Assembly (NCBI GenBank): GCA_043228905.1
Contig: JBHGNT010000010.1
Location: forward strand, 15,190,001-15,254,000
DNA length: 64,000 nt
Source: Azolla caroliniana
Taxonomy: Eukaryota; Plantae; Polypodiophyta
Direction: 5' to 3'
Part shown: one piece after another, positions 11,050 through 24,800 of the stretch
Layout: the number at the start of each line of letters is the position of its first letter
Position numbering within the stretch: position 1 is the stretch's first letter
Made by a program: the position numbers and the translations under genes
The notes under the pieces: model-generated
Told to the model about the DNA's origin: nothing
Databases searched by the model: none
Seen by the model: the letters and a program-made list of their open reading frames with translations, nothing else

Positions 11050-11820
11050 AGATCTTTCTTCTGTGCTTCCAAATGAGTACCCATAGTTGTGAGCTCCTTC
11101 TTCAACTCCTCTTTTAACACATCATTTCTAAATTTTGGATTGTTGATGCAATCCATTCATATGTATTCGACATAGATGTGAATTGTTTCTCAGCTGCCAT
11201 CTCACCAGATGAAACTTCTTCCAAATCGGCTAGCAGTGCTTGCATTTTTGTTTGCATGGAAGTTATACAGCGCAACAATCACTCTTCATGTTTTTCTGTC
11301 AGTGTGTCTTTTTGTTTTGCAATTTGTTGAGTCAACACAGATGTCCAAGTTGGGGTAGTGTTGGTACTTGAGGACCCTCTATAATGCGATGATCGATGAT
11401 GAGCAAAATCTTCCCAATCAACTTCAATGCCACCATAGAGTTCACATGCAAATGCACGTGCAAAGACAGATCCTACCTCATTGTTTAGGATATGTTTCGT
11501 ATCATAAACTTGTTCATATCGTGACTTTAGTTCAGTGATATAATCCTTCTTCAATTGAGTGAGGTGGAAACCTCTCCGTGTCTCGGGTTGTGATGAACCC
11601 TAAGTTTCCATCATCCACATGTCTAGGTCTTCATAAGTGTCAAGTCGTGCACGAAGGAAATAACCCCATCCCAATTTTGTACCTCGATGGATGTTTGTGT
11701 GAACCTTTTTGCCCTGAGTTGCTGAAAACTTCGACCTCCCTCTAGAGGGGGTCATCTTACTTTCTTTGATAGGGGTCCTTTTTCTTTCCTTGCATGGTGT
11801 GATGACATTTTCGGTGACCA
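11050..11820 (-). pseudogene. Decayed ORF of unknown function, probably TE-associated
   Basis: ORFs 11600-12007 and 11279-11554 are in frame across single stops and read as protein (…YEQVYDTKHILNNEVGSVFARAFACELYGGIEVDWEDFAHH…), followed by a coiled-coil-like tail. No family recognised. Confidence 0.5.
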
Positions 11821-12386
11821 TTTTCGGGGGGGTACGAACGTAGTGAATAAACGAGTAGAAGGGAGAAGGAAAGAGTGCGAGAGAGAGGAAGTACGAACCT
11901 AGGGAATTACCAAGTGTAAAGAGAGAGAGAGAGACTAACTGACTAACTGACTGACAGTTCGAGATAAACCTGTTATTTGCCAAGAGAGACAGGCTGACTA
12001 TCTTCATGATTGACTGACGACTCGAGATCTTATATAGTTAAGACCTCCTTACAACATTACCTAGTGATTTTAACACTAGTGATTTTAACACAAGTGATGT
12101 TTATTCGTATTTGAAATCTATTTTCATTGAATGTGACTTTTAATTTTAAGACAAGTGATCAACTTTGTAAACCCAAATATTGGATTTATTTCTACATTTT
12201 TAAGTTTTTCCTCCACATGGAATTAGTACTAAAGTTTTGGCCAAAAGTTGGTACACCATAGTGTGCGTTCACCCATCGAGAAAGTCAAATTTTGGCTCAC
12301 TCTTTGAATATTGCAGAAGTTTAATCATTTCTTGGTTTTGTCAAGTTTTTGTGATAATCTCCTTATAATTACTCCCAATTGACGAC

Positions 12387-12891
12387 TAGTTATAGGCCAG
12401 GTTCAGTTTTAGTTCGTTAATATTCTTTGCCTTGAAACCAAAACCAAACCATTCATAGAAAACAAAAACCAAACCAAATCGTTCATAAATTGTCAAGCCA
12501 CTTCAACCAAACCTTTTAGGGAAAAGTTGGAACCAAAGTAAACCATTTAATGACAAATTTAAACTTAACCATTTAAGTCAATTAATTAAATAAATAAATA
12601 AATAAAAATACATTAAAGTAAAAAACCATTAAATTAAATACGAATTTAAGCTAAATTAATAAAATCAATAAAAAACTTTAATTAAACCATTAAATTAATT
12701 CATTATTAAGGAAATAAAAAAGTTAAACAAAAACCAATAAACTATTAAATTGAACCAATTTGAATTAAAACCAAACCATTTAATAATAATTGAACCAAAC
12801 AAAATAGTTTAATTATATTGGAATTGATAAACCATTAAACCATAGTTTTAATGGTTCAATTTAGTCTGGGCCGAAATCATGCCCATCGTTG
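12387..12891 (-). mobile_element. hAT-like MITE, older copy in reverse orientation relative to 35755-36198
   Basis: AT-rich with AACCAAACC/AACCG subterminal motifs. The end …CATGCCCATCGTTG matches the TIR of the 35.7-kb copy. Degenerate TSD TTGACGAC/TTCACAAT (5/8). Confidence 0.65.
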
Positions 12892-12969
12892 TTCACAATG
12901 TCATTTATTGATCTTCTTAAAGGTCACATGTGTAAGTCTACAAAGCTTAATGGTGAATGTAAAGAATGG

Positions 12970-13645
12970 ATGTTTACTTTTAATCCTAAGGGACACCCTT
13001 AAGGGCCAAGTGTGAACTTGCATGCGTGCCTTGGGTCTAACTATAAATATGAGGCCTAGTTATCCTCATTCTTCATCACTCAACTACGTCGATAATGGGA
13101 TCTTATGGTGCATAGACTCTTGTGGCAAGCGAGCACATGTACCAAGTCTTACTTGAAGCCATAATTGTGGTATGGGACGTAGTTCAAGGCTCAGGTCTGT
13201 TTATCCCTTTGCTCGATGGTGGTCAAGTGGATTAACACCCTTCTTTCTCTCTCTATTCCTTTATTATTTTATCTACTTCCTTATTTTATGCGTACATTAG
13301 GAATAAATTTCTAACCCAAACCCTCCAAAAAATATGTTGCTTCATTCGTGAGTTCTATTAGTCATAGTGGATGACCAAATGCAATTACGATCTTGTGGTG
13401 AATGGACTCTTGGGGCAAGCGAGCACAGGTACCAAGTCTTACTCGAAGCCATAACTGTGGTATGGAATGTAATTTGATCCCTTTGCTCAGGGGTGGTCGA
13501 GTGGATTGATACCCTTATTTCTCTCTCTATTCCTTTATTATCTTATCTACTTCCTTATTTTATGCTACATTCGAAAATTATAAATTTCTAACACAAACCC
13601 TCCAAAAAATTGTTGCTTCATTGGTCATAATGGATGACCAAACGC
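12970..13645 (+). repeat. LTR-like dispersed repeat with internal ~290-bp tandem duplication; related to 56770-57100
   Basis: Shares GGCCAAGTGTGAA…GCCTTGGGT…CTATAAATA…GAGGCCTAG and GGTGGTC…GTGGAT…CACCCTTCTTTCTCTCTCT with 56770-57100. Segment 13113-13385 is repeated at ~13404-13645. Confidence 0.65.
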
Positions 13646-16600
13646 GATTGTGGTAGCAATTGATTGGCAATAACAAGTTGTGAGGGCATAGAATTAGCTA
13701 TTGTGGCAGTCATAGGTGGAATCACACCTTGAAAGGGTGTTTTTATGCTCTTATGCCCTTTGGTATTAGACATCATTGCTATCAAGGGTGATGGAGGGTT
13801 TTTGGCATTGGGATGATAAGTGAACCCCATAGGAACTCATCAAGGTTTTTCTCTAACAACCTCACATGGATGTTACATGGTGGTTTCGATCACATGGACT
13901 ATATATATGGATAAAGTCCTTTCCTACTAGTATGATCTAGATTCACATTCAATCAGCCCTCAAGAAGTGAGATAATATGAAGCTTGGCCATGACTTATGG
14001 CAACTATACACGTGGGAGATCTAGATCAAACCCAAACAATCCCTTCCCTCAAAAATATTATGAGTTATTTACGTCACATATGAGAATTCTAGTGATGCAC
14101 TCCAATTATGTCAACACATAGCCATGGGAAATCAAGCAAATCCACTTCGTGGCATTCTCCCAAGTTGTAAACATGAACCCCAGTCTAATGGTTGGAATTG
14201 AACACATATATAAGCCTTTTGTTAATGCTCGAGGGGTTAAAAACGTATTGGCAAATAATGAAGTGGGTGCAATCACGTGTGAAGTTGGACAGAGGAGGTC
14301 AACAAATAAAAAGGACAACAATATGTTGTTTAAAGTTTTCACCATAAGTTTGAATATGATTGTTCATGCACAAGCAACTCCTAGCTTGCAGAGATACACC
14401 TAGTTTGTAGATATATTACATGGTAGAGCCATGTATGTGGAATCTAGATACATTCATGTACATTTAGGCCTATGATATGTATATGTGATTGTTGAAAGAT
14501 ATATTTACCTTGAAAAGCTAGTATTAATGTAATAAATGTCCTCTATTGTCAAAATTTGAAACCAACAATAAAACATGTTCTAGCTGATTTTTTTGACTGT
14601 ACTACATGCTTTTATACATGAAATCAAAATAAAGATAAGTACCGTTATTTTTGAAATATTTTGTTTGTCAAATAAAGTGAGATTCTCTCTTTATGAGTTC
14701 CCTTTTTGTGTTTCAGAAATGAATGGACACTAATGCCGCATATACCCATCTTTAATAGGACTATATCTTTTTTAATTTGCAAAGCCTTTCTTCGGATGAA
14801 AATTGTAGTTGTAGCTTGTATTTTCTTTTACAAATGGACATTTCCTTATAAAACTAACCAAGTTGTTTTTTTTTTTATAAATACTTGTTCTTCTTTGTTT
14901 TTGTTTTTTATTTTTAAATAATAATAATAATAACCTCAAAATGAGTATTTATACATCTTTTTTTTTCGGATATATGTGTAGCTCCAATATTAATGACCGT
15001 CAACATGCATTAATTAACACATGGATCAATAGTACCTTCACAAATATATGGCCAACCTTATTCTCACACATCACCTTGGTTGCATTAGATGAATATTGAA
15101 CATTTGTGATAAAGCTTGTGCTTTGCAATTTTAAGGAAATGCTTGTGCTTTGCAATAGTAATATGCTTATACTCATCTATAAATTGTTGCCATTTGAGCA
15201 GTATGATTAGTGTTAGGAACCTAGACTTTATGTATAACAATAATGGTTATAGTATATAACATGTTTGTTGATATGTCAATGGTTATATTTGGTCTCTTCT
15301 ATGCCCATGCACGTAACATGTTTGTTGATATGGCACCGGTTATATTATACCATATGGGATTGGAGTAATAACCGATTACATTGGAGCACCATCACTAGAG
15401 TTAAATGACTATTTAAAAACTGTTTGTCTTCGTACATAGACACCCCGAGCAATATCAAGATTCACCAAATGGTGGGTATGGCTAGCACTAGGATTGTAAA
15501 TTACACATGAATTAGATATATATGTTTTTTATAAACACGAATACCACATATGCAAATAAATGTTAACTATGGACTTTAAGTTTTCCTCTATTCATCCAAT
15601 ATATTTTAAATGCATATTACCAAGTAGTTTCACCTTTAGAATGACAAACGAGCTCTAACTTGTTCCTACTTCTAATAAAAGAGCGTGTTGGGTAGTTATT
15701 AGATTGTAGAGGCATGTTGTGTCAAGCAATATCGTATCTTAAGCTTCCAATACATTCCCCACCAAACATGTGTCAAGATCACCACAAATCATTATAGGAA
15801 TGTGCATGGGCAAAGAAAAGGATAAGTTTGTTGTATATTGTCATGCCAACCTTTCATTGTCATCATGGCTACGAGCCATGGATGTGTATGTGAATGTCGT
15901 TGCTCCTGTATGGCCAAGAATCTTATAAGTTGTGAATCCATCCTTCGTGCTTTACCTTAGTCTCTCTCTTAGTCATTCGTTCACTTGATCATGAAGCCAC
16001 TTGTTCTCTTTATATTTCTCTCAATGTAAATGTTTTAAGCAATACTTCAAGGGTTTGCACGCACATACAAGTACGACAACCAATTGGTGCAAATAATATC
16101 TATCAAATGTTAAGGCTATGTGATGTCAATGAAAAATAACAATAAACAAGGTCCATATCTTTTTATACAAAACCGTCTATATACTTAGAGAGTATAGACC
16201 AATTTGCGTTGAAGTTTGAAGTATTTTTTCTTTTTATGGTGCTATATTTATATCCATACAACTTAAGATTGTTAGAGTGAAATAAGGCAAATGTCATGCT
16301 ATTGTGGCAACTTGCAAATATACAAATGATTGACATATGAAGGCTGAGTTTGGGAATGACTTTATATGATAAGATAGATCATAACCCAATACATGTTACT
16401 TGATATTTCTAGGCCAATGTTTTTGAAAGAGATTCACCAAAATGTTAAAATGATTGCTTAATGATTGTATTTGCTTTTCTATTTTAATCAGCAAAAGTGT
16501 CGCATTGCTTGCTAAACTGGATAAAAATAATAGAATTCTCCAATTTGTAATATGAGCCAATGATTGTTATATTGTGAAAAAACATAAATCTAAAGACCTG

Positions 16601-19600
16601 AAATCATTTGACATTAACTAAGTTTAAAATGTGGGACACTAGTAGAGAATGCACCCATGATATACATGGACCCCGTCTTGTAAGTGACACTCATACAATC
16701 CCCAATCATTCCTTCACTCAATATATAAGTGTGTGTGTGTGTGTGTCATTGTAGATCATGAGACAAAACCAATATCATCATACCACTACATCAACTTTTT
16801 GTGTGGAAAACGCTCTTCACTAGGTAGCCAAATAATGTATGGCTAGGGCTAGGCTTTTTGCAATGTGCATGGATATATGTACAAAGCGCATAGCTTTTCG
16901 GCATTTACCTACAATCGTTTATTTATCCTATATATGGCAGTACATGCTATCTTCTTGTAGTAGAAAAGTGTTTTGCTTTATAGAATCTTTATCATTACAC
17001 GTAATACGTGTACAATAGTCCATATGACATTTACTTGAGTAAAACTCTAGCTATAAGAAGTATATTCGAGAGACATGTTGGTTTGCTAGACAAAGGAAGT
17101 GGATTTGAGTAAAGAAAAATAGAACTAGGTTTATGACAAAAAAGGTTTGAGATAAACCTAAGAATCAAACTCGTGGCTCTCAAAGAGCTTAAATTTATGG
17201 TCTAATGATAATGTGAAGAGGTTCGTTTCGAATGGAGGGGCCTGCCAACACGATAGAGTGTTAACGATATCCTATTCTTATTGCGAACTAGCACAAAAGG
17301 GCCTCATGATGTTATTTGCTTTTATCTTTCTAAAATGCATCCCTTTAATGTACTCTTCTTTTTTACCACTCCATCTCGAGAAGCCTGCTTTGAAAGCTCT
17401 TGTAAATTCTCTTTTATTGGGATGAAAATATAGTCACATTTTTTTATGAATAGCTTGAGAATTTAGTTTAGTTTATTCTATCTATTTTGTTGTGGTTTAC
17501 CAATAGTTACTCTCTTTTTTACCTTCACTGTGTACATTAATCCATAATTCAATGAATATAAGACAATGCACAACATTTTGCTTTGCAAATTGTGCGTAAT
17601 TTCTCTTATTTAAAATGTTATCGCTTGAACGCACTACCTTTGCGTACCTACTAACATTGCCTAACCGAGTAAAATAACAACGATTGTTGTTTTCACTTTA
17701 TGGAAAACCCATCTCATCCAATATAAACCATTATGGAGTAGAGACTAAGAAATATCAATGTTGCAACGCGCAAGCTTTACGTCTAGATCATCATGAACAT
17801 GTAGTTTTGGTGTTTCAAAGAATTTTTCTATGTGAATCTTAATTGTTATGCATAAAGACAATGAATTCACAATGTGCTTTAACAACCATCGTAGTACTTA
17901 TTAAAGCAAAATGTGAATTCTACAGATAAACTACCTTTTTATTGAATTTTTATTCTATCATGATAAAAACTTGCATACATCAAGAATATATTTTAATTAC
18001 TAAGGTATATTACAATGAATTCAACCATGTTTGAAATGGAGAGTATGTGTTAAACCATCTTGGCTCTTCTCAACCTCAATGCTTGGGTGGTCCAAAATTG
18101 TTGTCTAACCAGACTACCTTGGCACAAAATAGACAATTTGTCATTTTTCTAAGGAACTCATTGTAACTTTAAACAAAATTTCCATTTTACTATCCAATAT
18201 TGTTTGCTTATAAAAGTAGTTAGGATGTCAACATAAGTTGTTGTCAAACCACAAGCATGATTAAGTTCTCATAGAATACAGGGGGTGCATATATATTTTT
18301 AACTCTAAGTGTACACCATAACTTTAATACAAATGGCTCAATTCAATAGCCTCGAATCCGTTCTCCACTATTACCAATTCATTTATTTGATGAGATAAAA
18401 TTGTCTCGAGCAAGGTCTAAATCAATGTATCAAATAGTAACGTTCACTCCATGATGTTTATTATTGTATTATTTGTTTGCACGAGTTCATGTGACACGAC
18501 TTGTTATTGAGTGGAACTATGGTCATAAATGGCTACCATTTTTTCAAATAACATGTTGGTCATAGGAAGAAGCATCATTTATGTATTGATTGAAAATGTA
18601 AAACTACCAATTTATTTTCTTAAAGATAATTCAATTGGTTTCCTTCCTTTGCATTTATGCTTCAAACAAACATATGCCAAGTAGCAATAATGTAGATACG
18701 TTGGCCCCTTTCTATGGTAGAAATCTACGGATGTGACTTGATATATCCTTTTATATAACTTGTCTCTTGGGTCATCTATGACAATAATGTCTCGTACGAC
18801 TGTACAAGCTCTCCACCAAAAGGCATTTGATTATGTCTAGATCGTCAACATATTAATTAAGATAATGACACTCTGAACTTTCATTGACTTATCAAATTAT
18901 GATATATTAGTACTTATATAACTTCTTGATATCACATGTTGGGAATATGTGCACATACATTATGTATGAATGCTTATCGTGGATTGTAGATTGATTTAGA
19001 GGATGTATTTGTAGCCACCATCTTGGAGATATAAGCTCAGTCGCAAGCAGTGAGATGGATGCTTCAAATAGGATGGAATGGATGTTAATCACCTCCAAAA
19101 AAAAAGCCTCAAAAGATATCTTTGACAATTATTTATGTTCTAGTAGGATTGAATTTGTCCAACTACACTAAACCCAATTGTATTGTCTTTGAAAGTATTG
19201 TCACGATCTTATTCATCCTTGAGCCCATCGCAACCTCAAAGCATTCGTCATGTTAATGCAAATTGCATGAAACTCACACTCTATTGTGATATGAGTTGTC
19301 TAACCATGTTTAAAAAATGAAAATATTGCAAATAAAACAAATGAGGTGCTTAACACACTATCATGATCAAAATGATCCATGAATAACCAAATAAACAACC
19401 TCTATTTATTAGGGAAGTCAATCACGATGATTGTTTATTAAGACTCAAACTATGAATCTCCTCTATTTGTGACTCTCAACAACTATCGTAACATACTCAC
19501 AATCTCTCGAAAGGTCACTTGAGGAGATATTGATGATGTTAAGGAAAAAACAAAGACGATGAGATGAGCAAGTTCTCTTTCTTTCCTCTAGGTTTACACA

Positions 19601-20526
19601 CATACTGACATAATTAAAAACATGCATACATTTGTCTACACACATACAAAAACAAATGTACAGGAGATCAAGACACATACATACAAATGCACACCGAAAC
19701 ATGTCCATATTTGAGGAAAATATCGCTTGTTAGTGGGATAAAGTTCTGAGACGCGATTCTACCCCTCAACAGCGTGCGTGCATGCATGTGTGTATACGCG
19801 TGCATGCGTGAAACTAACTTCCCACATCAATGTTAACCTTGGAATCAGAATCCCAAACCTATACCAACATACGTGCACGGCCTACTCTTCTTTGTCTCAC
19901 AAAACTCCATCATAGCACCTTCTTGATGCACTTGGTGCATACATTTCACCGATCTCTGTCTGTTTGTCTCTCTATTGTACCCTTGTATTCCATTTGCATT
20001 CATTACTCTCTTTCAATGTAAATCAAAACTCCTTATGAGACTATTGTCCTTGTCCTTGGATTGTTGAATACCAAAACACAAATCTATATTTCATCTATTT
20101 CTCTCCCTTTCTTCTTCACACTTTTCATTATCATGTAATGAATGCCCTTATTCCTCTAATGCTCTTTATAGCTATTGCTATCTATCTTTCCACAATGTTG
20201 AACAACAAATGACACAAGTCTCTTCTTCTATTTGACTCCCTTTTTTCTCCACATGATAATTGTAGACACTACATTACATTCACGTTAACATCTAATCACA
20301 ATACTCTTGTATTCTTCTTGCATTGTCATCGCAATCATCAATCTCTCTCTTGCATTACTTGATTTAGCATTGGTTGGGGTGTTGCACAATGAGAATTGTT
20401 GTGTGTAACATTCGTTCATCTCGAGCCACAATCCAATTCATCCCCTCACTCTATTTCACCACTCAAAATAAGAGCAATGCCTTAAATAAGGGTGTTTTAT
20501 TCTTTTTATGCATGTGTGCATTTGCA

Positions 20527-20562
<36 letters not shown>

Positions 20563-20990
20563 ATAGTATCCAATCTTCTACTCTCTTCAACAATGGTGTT
20601 GGGTAATTGCCAAGAATAATGTAGTAAATTGTGTACCTTACAGAGGGGGGGGGGGGGGGGGGTATCATGGTAAATGTTTAAAATTTAGGGATATCCTAGT
20701 TAAGTGTTGTAATCCCTCAAACCTTTACATCCACTCTCATGTGTGTTTATGCATGTACGTGCATATGTTTCTACCCACAACCAATATCTCTCTTCGTACC
20801 CCAGTTTCTCTCTATCAAATTCTTTCTCTAGGGCCACTGTCTCACTTGGTGGTTTAGACCGCATTAGTGGCATACTTTTGAGAGAACCCAAAGTTCCATC
20901 ATGGACCATGGGCCTGAACCCATCCTATATATGTGAAGGAAACATGTAGAAGATCATAACAAGGAAACGCCCAAAATTTTTTGTGTGCAT

Positions 20991-21125
20991 AAAGATCGCA
21001 TCGAAACAAAAAATTATAACAACGAAACGCCGGTTTTTCACATAAAAGATTGCATCGAAACATAAAATTATAACAACGAAACGCCGGATTTTCACATAAA
21101 AGATCGCATCGAAACAAAAGATTAT
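20991..21125. repeat. 54-bp minisatellite, ~2.5 copies, upstream of the NAT gene
   Basis: The unit AAAGATCGCATCGAAACAAAAAATTATAACAACGAAACGCCGGTTTTTCACATA starts at 20991, 21045 and 21099. Confidence 0.9.
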
Positions 21126-21891
21126 ATATATATATATATATAGCAAGGGAAGTGGCCCGATTTCCGCATAAAATTCCGTCCAACCGCGTCTCTCCTTTCT
21201 CAGTGTGTGTGTGTACATATGTACATATATGTATGTATACAGTGAGTGTGCACATGAATGACACATGCTTGATGCCTTCCTTTTTCTCTGTATATTTTAC
21301 AAGAATACCCTCATGGGGGGTGGGGCTATTTTGGTAATTTCTGAAAACATAGGTTTGTATGTGTCCTTCTCTCTGTCTCTGTTTTTTTGTGTGTGTGTGT
21401 GTGTGTGTTTCTTTCATATCTTTCTCTGTTGCTTCTTTTTCCCGCATTTGCCCACAAAAACCTTTTCTTTGCTTTCTTTTTTAGCCCCACTGATGCATTT
21501 TTCAGCTCCATCATCAGCTCAAGATTCACTGCTCTTTCTCTCTTTCTCTCTTTCTCTCTTCTCTTCCACATTAGCATCTTTTCTTTTCTTTTCTTTTCTT
21601 TTCTTTCTTCTTTCCCTCTTACCCTTTTTAGCACCTCCATTTCTTCTCCAATCCTTCTTCAACCAATGCTTTCTGATTGCTCTGCCTCTGCCTCTGCCTC
21701 TGCCTCCTCCTCCTTCCCTTCCCTCTTCCACCATAGCTTACTCGAGCTCTTCTTTTAAAACATTTCTTATTTATTTATTTCCTTATTTATTAATTTACTT
21801 ATTAATTAATTTACTTATTAATTAATTAATTAATTAATTAATTTATTGAGAGAGAGAGAGCAGAGTTTGAGTGAGAGCAAAACCGAGAAAG

Positions 21892-24800
21892 ATGCCCAAA
21901 GCAGAGGAGATTTCTCATCCCCCTGCGGAACAATTATTGGGTTTTGAATATTGCATCGATTCAAATCCACCATGGGGTAAAAAAAAAAAAAACACTCTCT
22001 GTTTCTGCCTCTTTTCTCTCGCTCTAATTTTTCTTTGCGATTTCTTGAAGAAAGTCTGGAAATTTTTTGCATAGACATTAGATTACATGCATATACACAT
22101 ATACACATGCAGACATACACTCACTCACATATGTAGATACACAGACAAACACATACTTTTGATTTGATTAGACATGATTTTCCTTTCTTTTGCAGCTGAG
22201 GCTTTCCTTCTTGGATTTCAGCATTACATTCTCATGCTTGGCACCACAGTGATGATACCCACCCTTCTAGTCCCTCAGATGGGAGGAACAGATGTAAGTC
22301 TCCATTTCTACCCGAAATATGTGTGAGTCGCCACTCTGCCTTTCTCACAGAAGCTCATAACATTTCGAATACTGAAGGCATTACTAAATATGAAGGAAAA
22401 AGTGGGAATCAGTTTATTTCCCACATTGGAAAAAAATGGCTGAAATCTCCTCGAGTGATGTTTTCTTCTCTGGTTTTAATTTCTTTTGCTTTCACCGCCA
22501 CCCTTTTTTTTTTTAATTCCTTTCTCTTGATTTGTGCAGGGGGATAAAGTCCGAGTTATCCAAACTTTGCTATTTGTGGCCGGAATTAATACTCTGCTGC
22601 AAACACTTTTCGGGACTCGGCTACCATCCGTTATAGGTGGTTCATATGCTTTCCTGATACCAATCATGTCCATAATCAATTCCGAATCTCTTCAGTTGAT
22701 CAATGATAACGAGGAGGTATGTGAAGCATCAAGATATGATTACACTCGCTGAGTCTATTGATTAACTCAATAAACGTGAGTAATTAACATAAATCAGTGT
22801 AGAAAACAAACTCCTTCATTGCCAAATTCTGTGATAACGAGGAGGTATGTGAAGCATCAAGATATGATTATTGTTTTTGCATGACTACACTCGCTGAGTC
22901 TATTGATTAACTCAATAAACGTGAGTAATTAACATAAATCAGTGTAGAAAACAAACTCCTTAATCGCCAAATTCTGGCATTAACTAGTACTTTGTTATGC
23001 ATCTGATTATATGGAAAAGAAAAAGAAGCCTTTGAAAAGTTTCATGCAATGCTTGCGTCATTCACTAATAAATACCACTTATGCATAATGCACATAACAA
23101 ATATGGAAGGAAAGAAAGGAACATTTTGAAAAGCTTCATGGTAGATATAACATGCTCAATTCAGTGTAACATTGGTTCAATGTAACTTGACTTATTTGTT
23201 AATATATGTTAGCATGGATTACTTTTGGTCTTATGTATCCAGAGATTTCTTCGAACTATGCGAGCAATACAAGGGGCTCTTATTGCGTCGTCGAGCCTAC
23301 AAATCATACTTGGCTATAGTGGGTTATGGGGAATCTTCTCTCGGTAGGAATTCATGGATTGACATATGCTCATTACTCTACAAAGAAATGCACTATGATT
23401 CTGAATATATACTTTAATATTTCTTTTATTACGATATTTGATTTAAGATTGTTGATATATATAATTGTTTCCTGAACTTTGATCTCTGATTGAACAGTTT
23501 CCTCAGTCCATTGGGCGCGGCTCCTGTTATAACACTTGTTGGACTTGGTCTTTTCGAACTCGGATTTCCCGGGGTGTGACTACTCATATATTAAGTTGTT
23601 TATGTTGTATTTTGTTAAGCATGTTACTCTTTGCAACATCTCATTATATTGATATATCCAATCTGAATTTGGTTTTCAAAGTACACTGGACTCCTTTCAG
23701 GCAACTAAAGGAGTAAGAAATGAAACAAATTTGATGCATGATAGAAGTGTCAGAGAAATGTTAACAAAAATAATACAACCTAGAGCATTGGGGAAAAGTA
23801 GTGTGTTACAAAGTATAAGGGGCTTGGTATAAAGGCAAGGATTCAAGATGTCAAATAAGAAACTAGTGTTATGACAGGTCGCAAAATGTATCGAGATTGG
23901 TCTTCTAGAGCTGATTCTTTTGGTTTTCATTGCATTGGTAAGATTATTCAGTTGAAACTCTCGGATTATGTGTGAGAATGTACGTAATTGTCTATTAATA
24001 CATCTTGATTTTTGTTGATGTTGTGAATGCCAGTATTTAGGTCAGTTGAAATTAGCACACAAGCCCCTATTTGAGAGGTTTCCCATCTTATTATCAGTGG
24101 TAGTTATTTGGGCATTTGCGTACCTCCTCACATTGAGTGGTGCATATAGGCATGTGCCTCACAAAACAAAGATACATTGTCGCACTGACGAAGCTGATTT
24201 AATTTCTACGGCTCCATGGTAACTAATACCTTTGCCTAAAAAATGGTTAAAAACTGTGAACATGATCAAATCTCTCTCAAGTTTCACCATAATTCCTATT
24301 AATGTTTACCAAATTCTGTAATGCCACAATTTTAAAATTTAGTGGCATTTTGGGAATTATAGTAAACTAGTTGTGGCGCTTTGTTGATTTTCCCTCGAGA
24401 AAATTCGATGAGAAACGATCTCATATTACTTTTTCTTCCAGGATCATGATTCCATACCCTCTACAATGGGGAGCACCTACTTTCGATGCTGGCCATACTT
24501 TTGCGATGATGGCATCGGTCTTTGTTGCACTTGTAGAGGTATCTTTTTAATTTTCAATTTCATATATATATATATATTTATCTTCTTAATGTTTATATAT
24601 TGTGATTTCTAAGGTCTAATGCGTTTGTTTTTGTATGGTTTAATTCTTAAACTTTTTCTCTAGTCTACTGGAGCTTTTTTTGCTGTCTCTAGACTAGCTA
24701 GTGCAACGCCACCTCCTGCTTTTGTCTTGAGTCGTGGTGTAGGCTGGCAGGTACCTATATACATACATGCATACGTACGTACGTACGTACGTACCTACAT

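Noticed and set aside
16637-16660. CACTAGTAGAGAAT as a CACTA transposon terminus
   Set aside because: No matching opposite TIR or 3-bp TSD found.
20991-21125. Regularly spaced repeats resembling a CRISPR array
   Set aside because: Whole 54-bp units repeat with no unique spacers, and the context is eukaryotic.
20374-21825. ORFs of 100-186 aa upstream of NAT
   Set aside because: Translations of microsatellite and low-complexity tracts.
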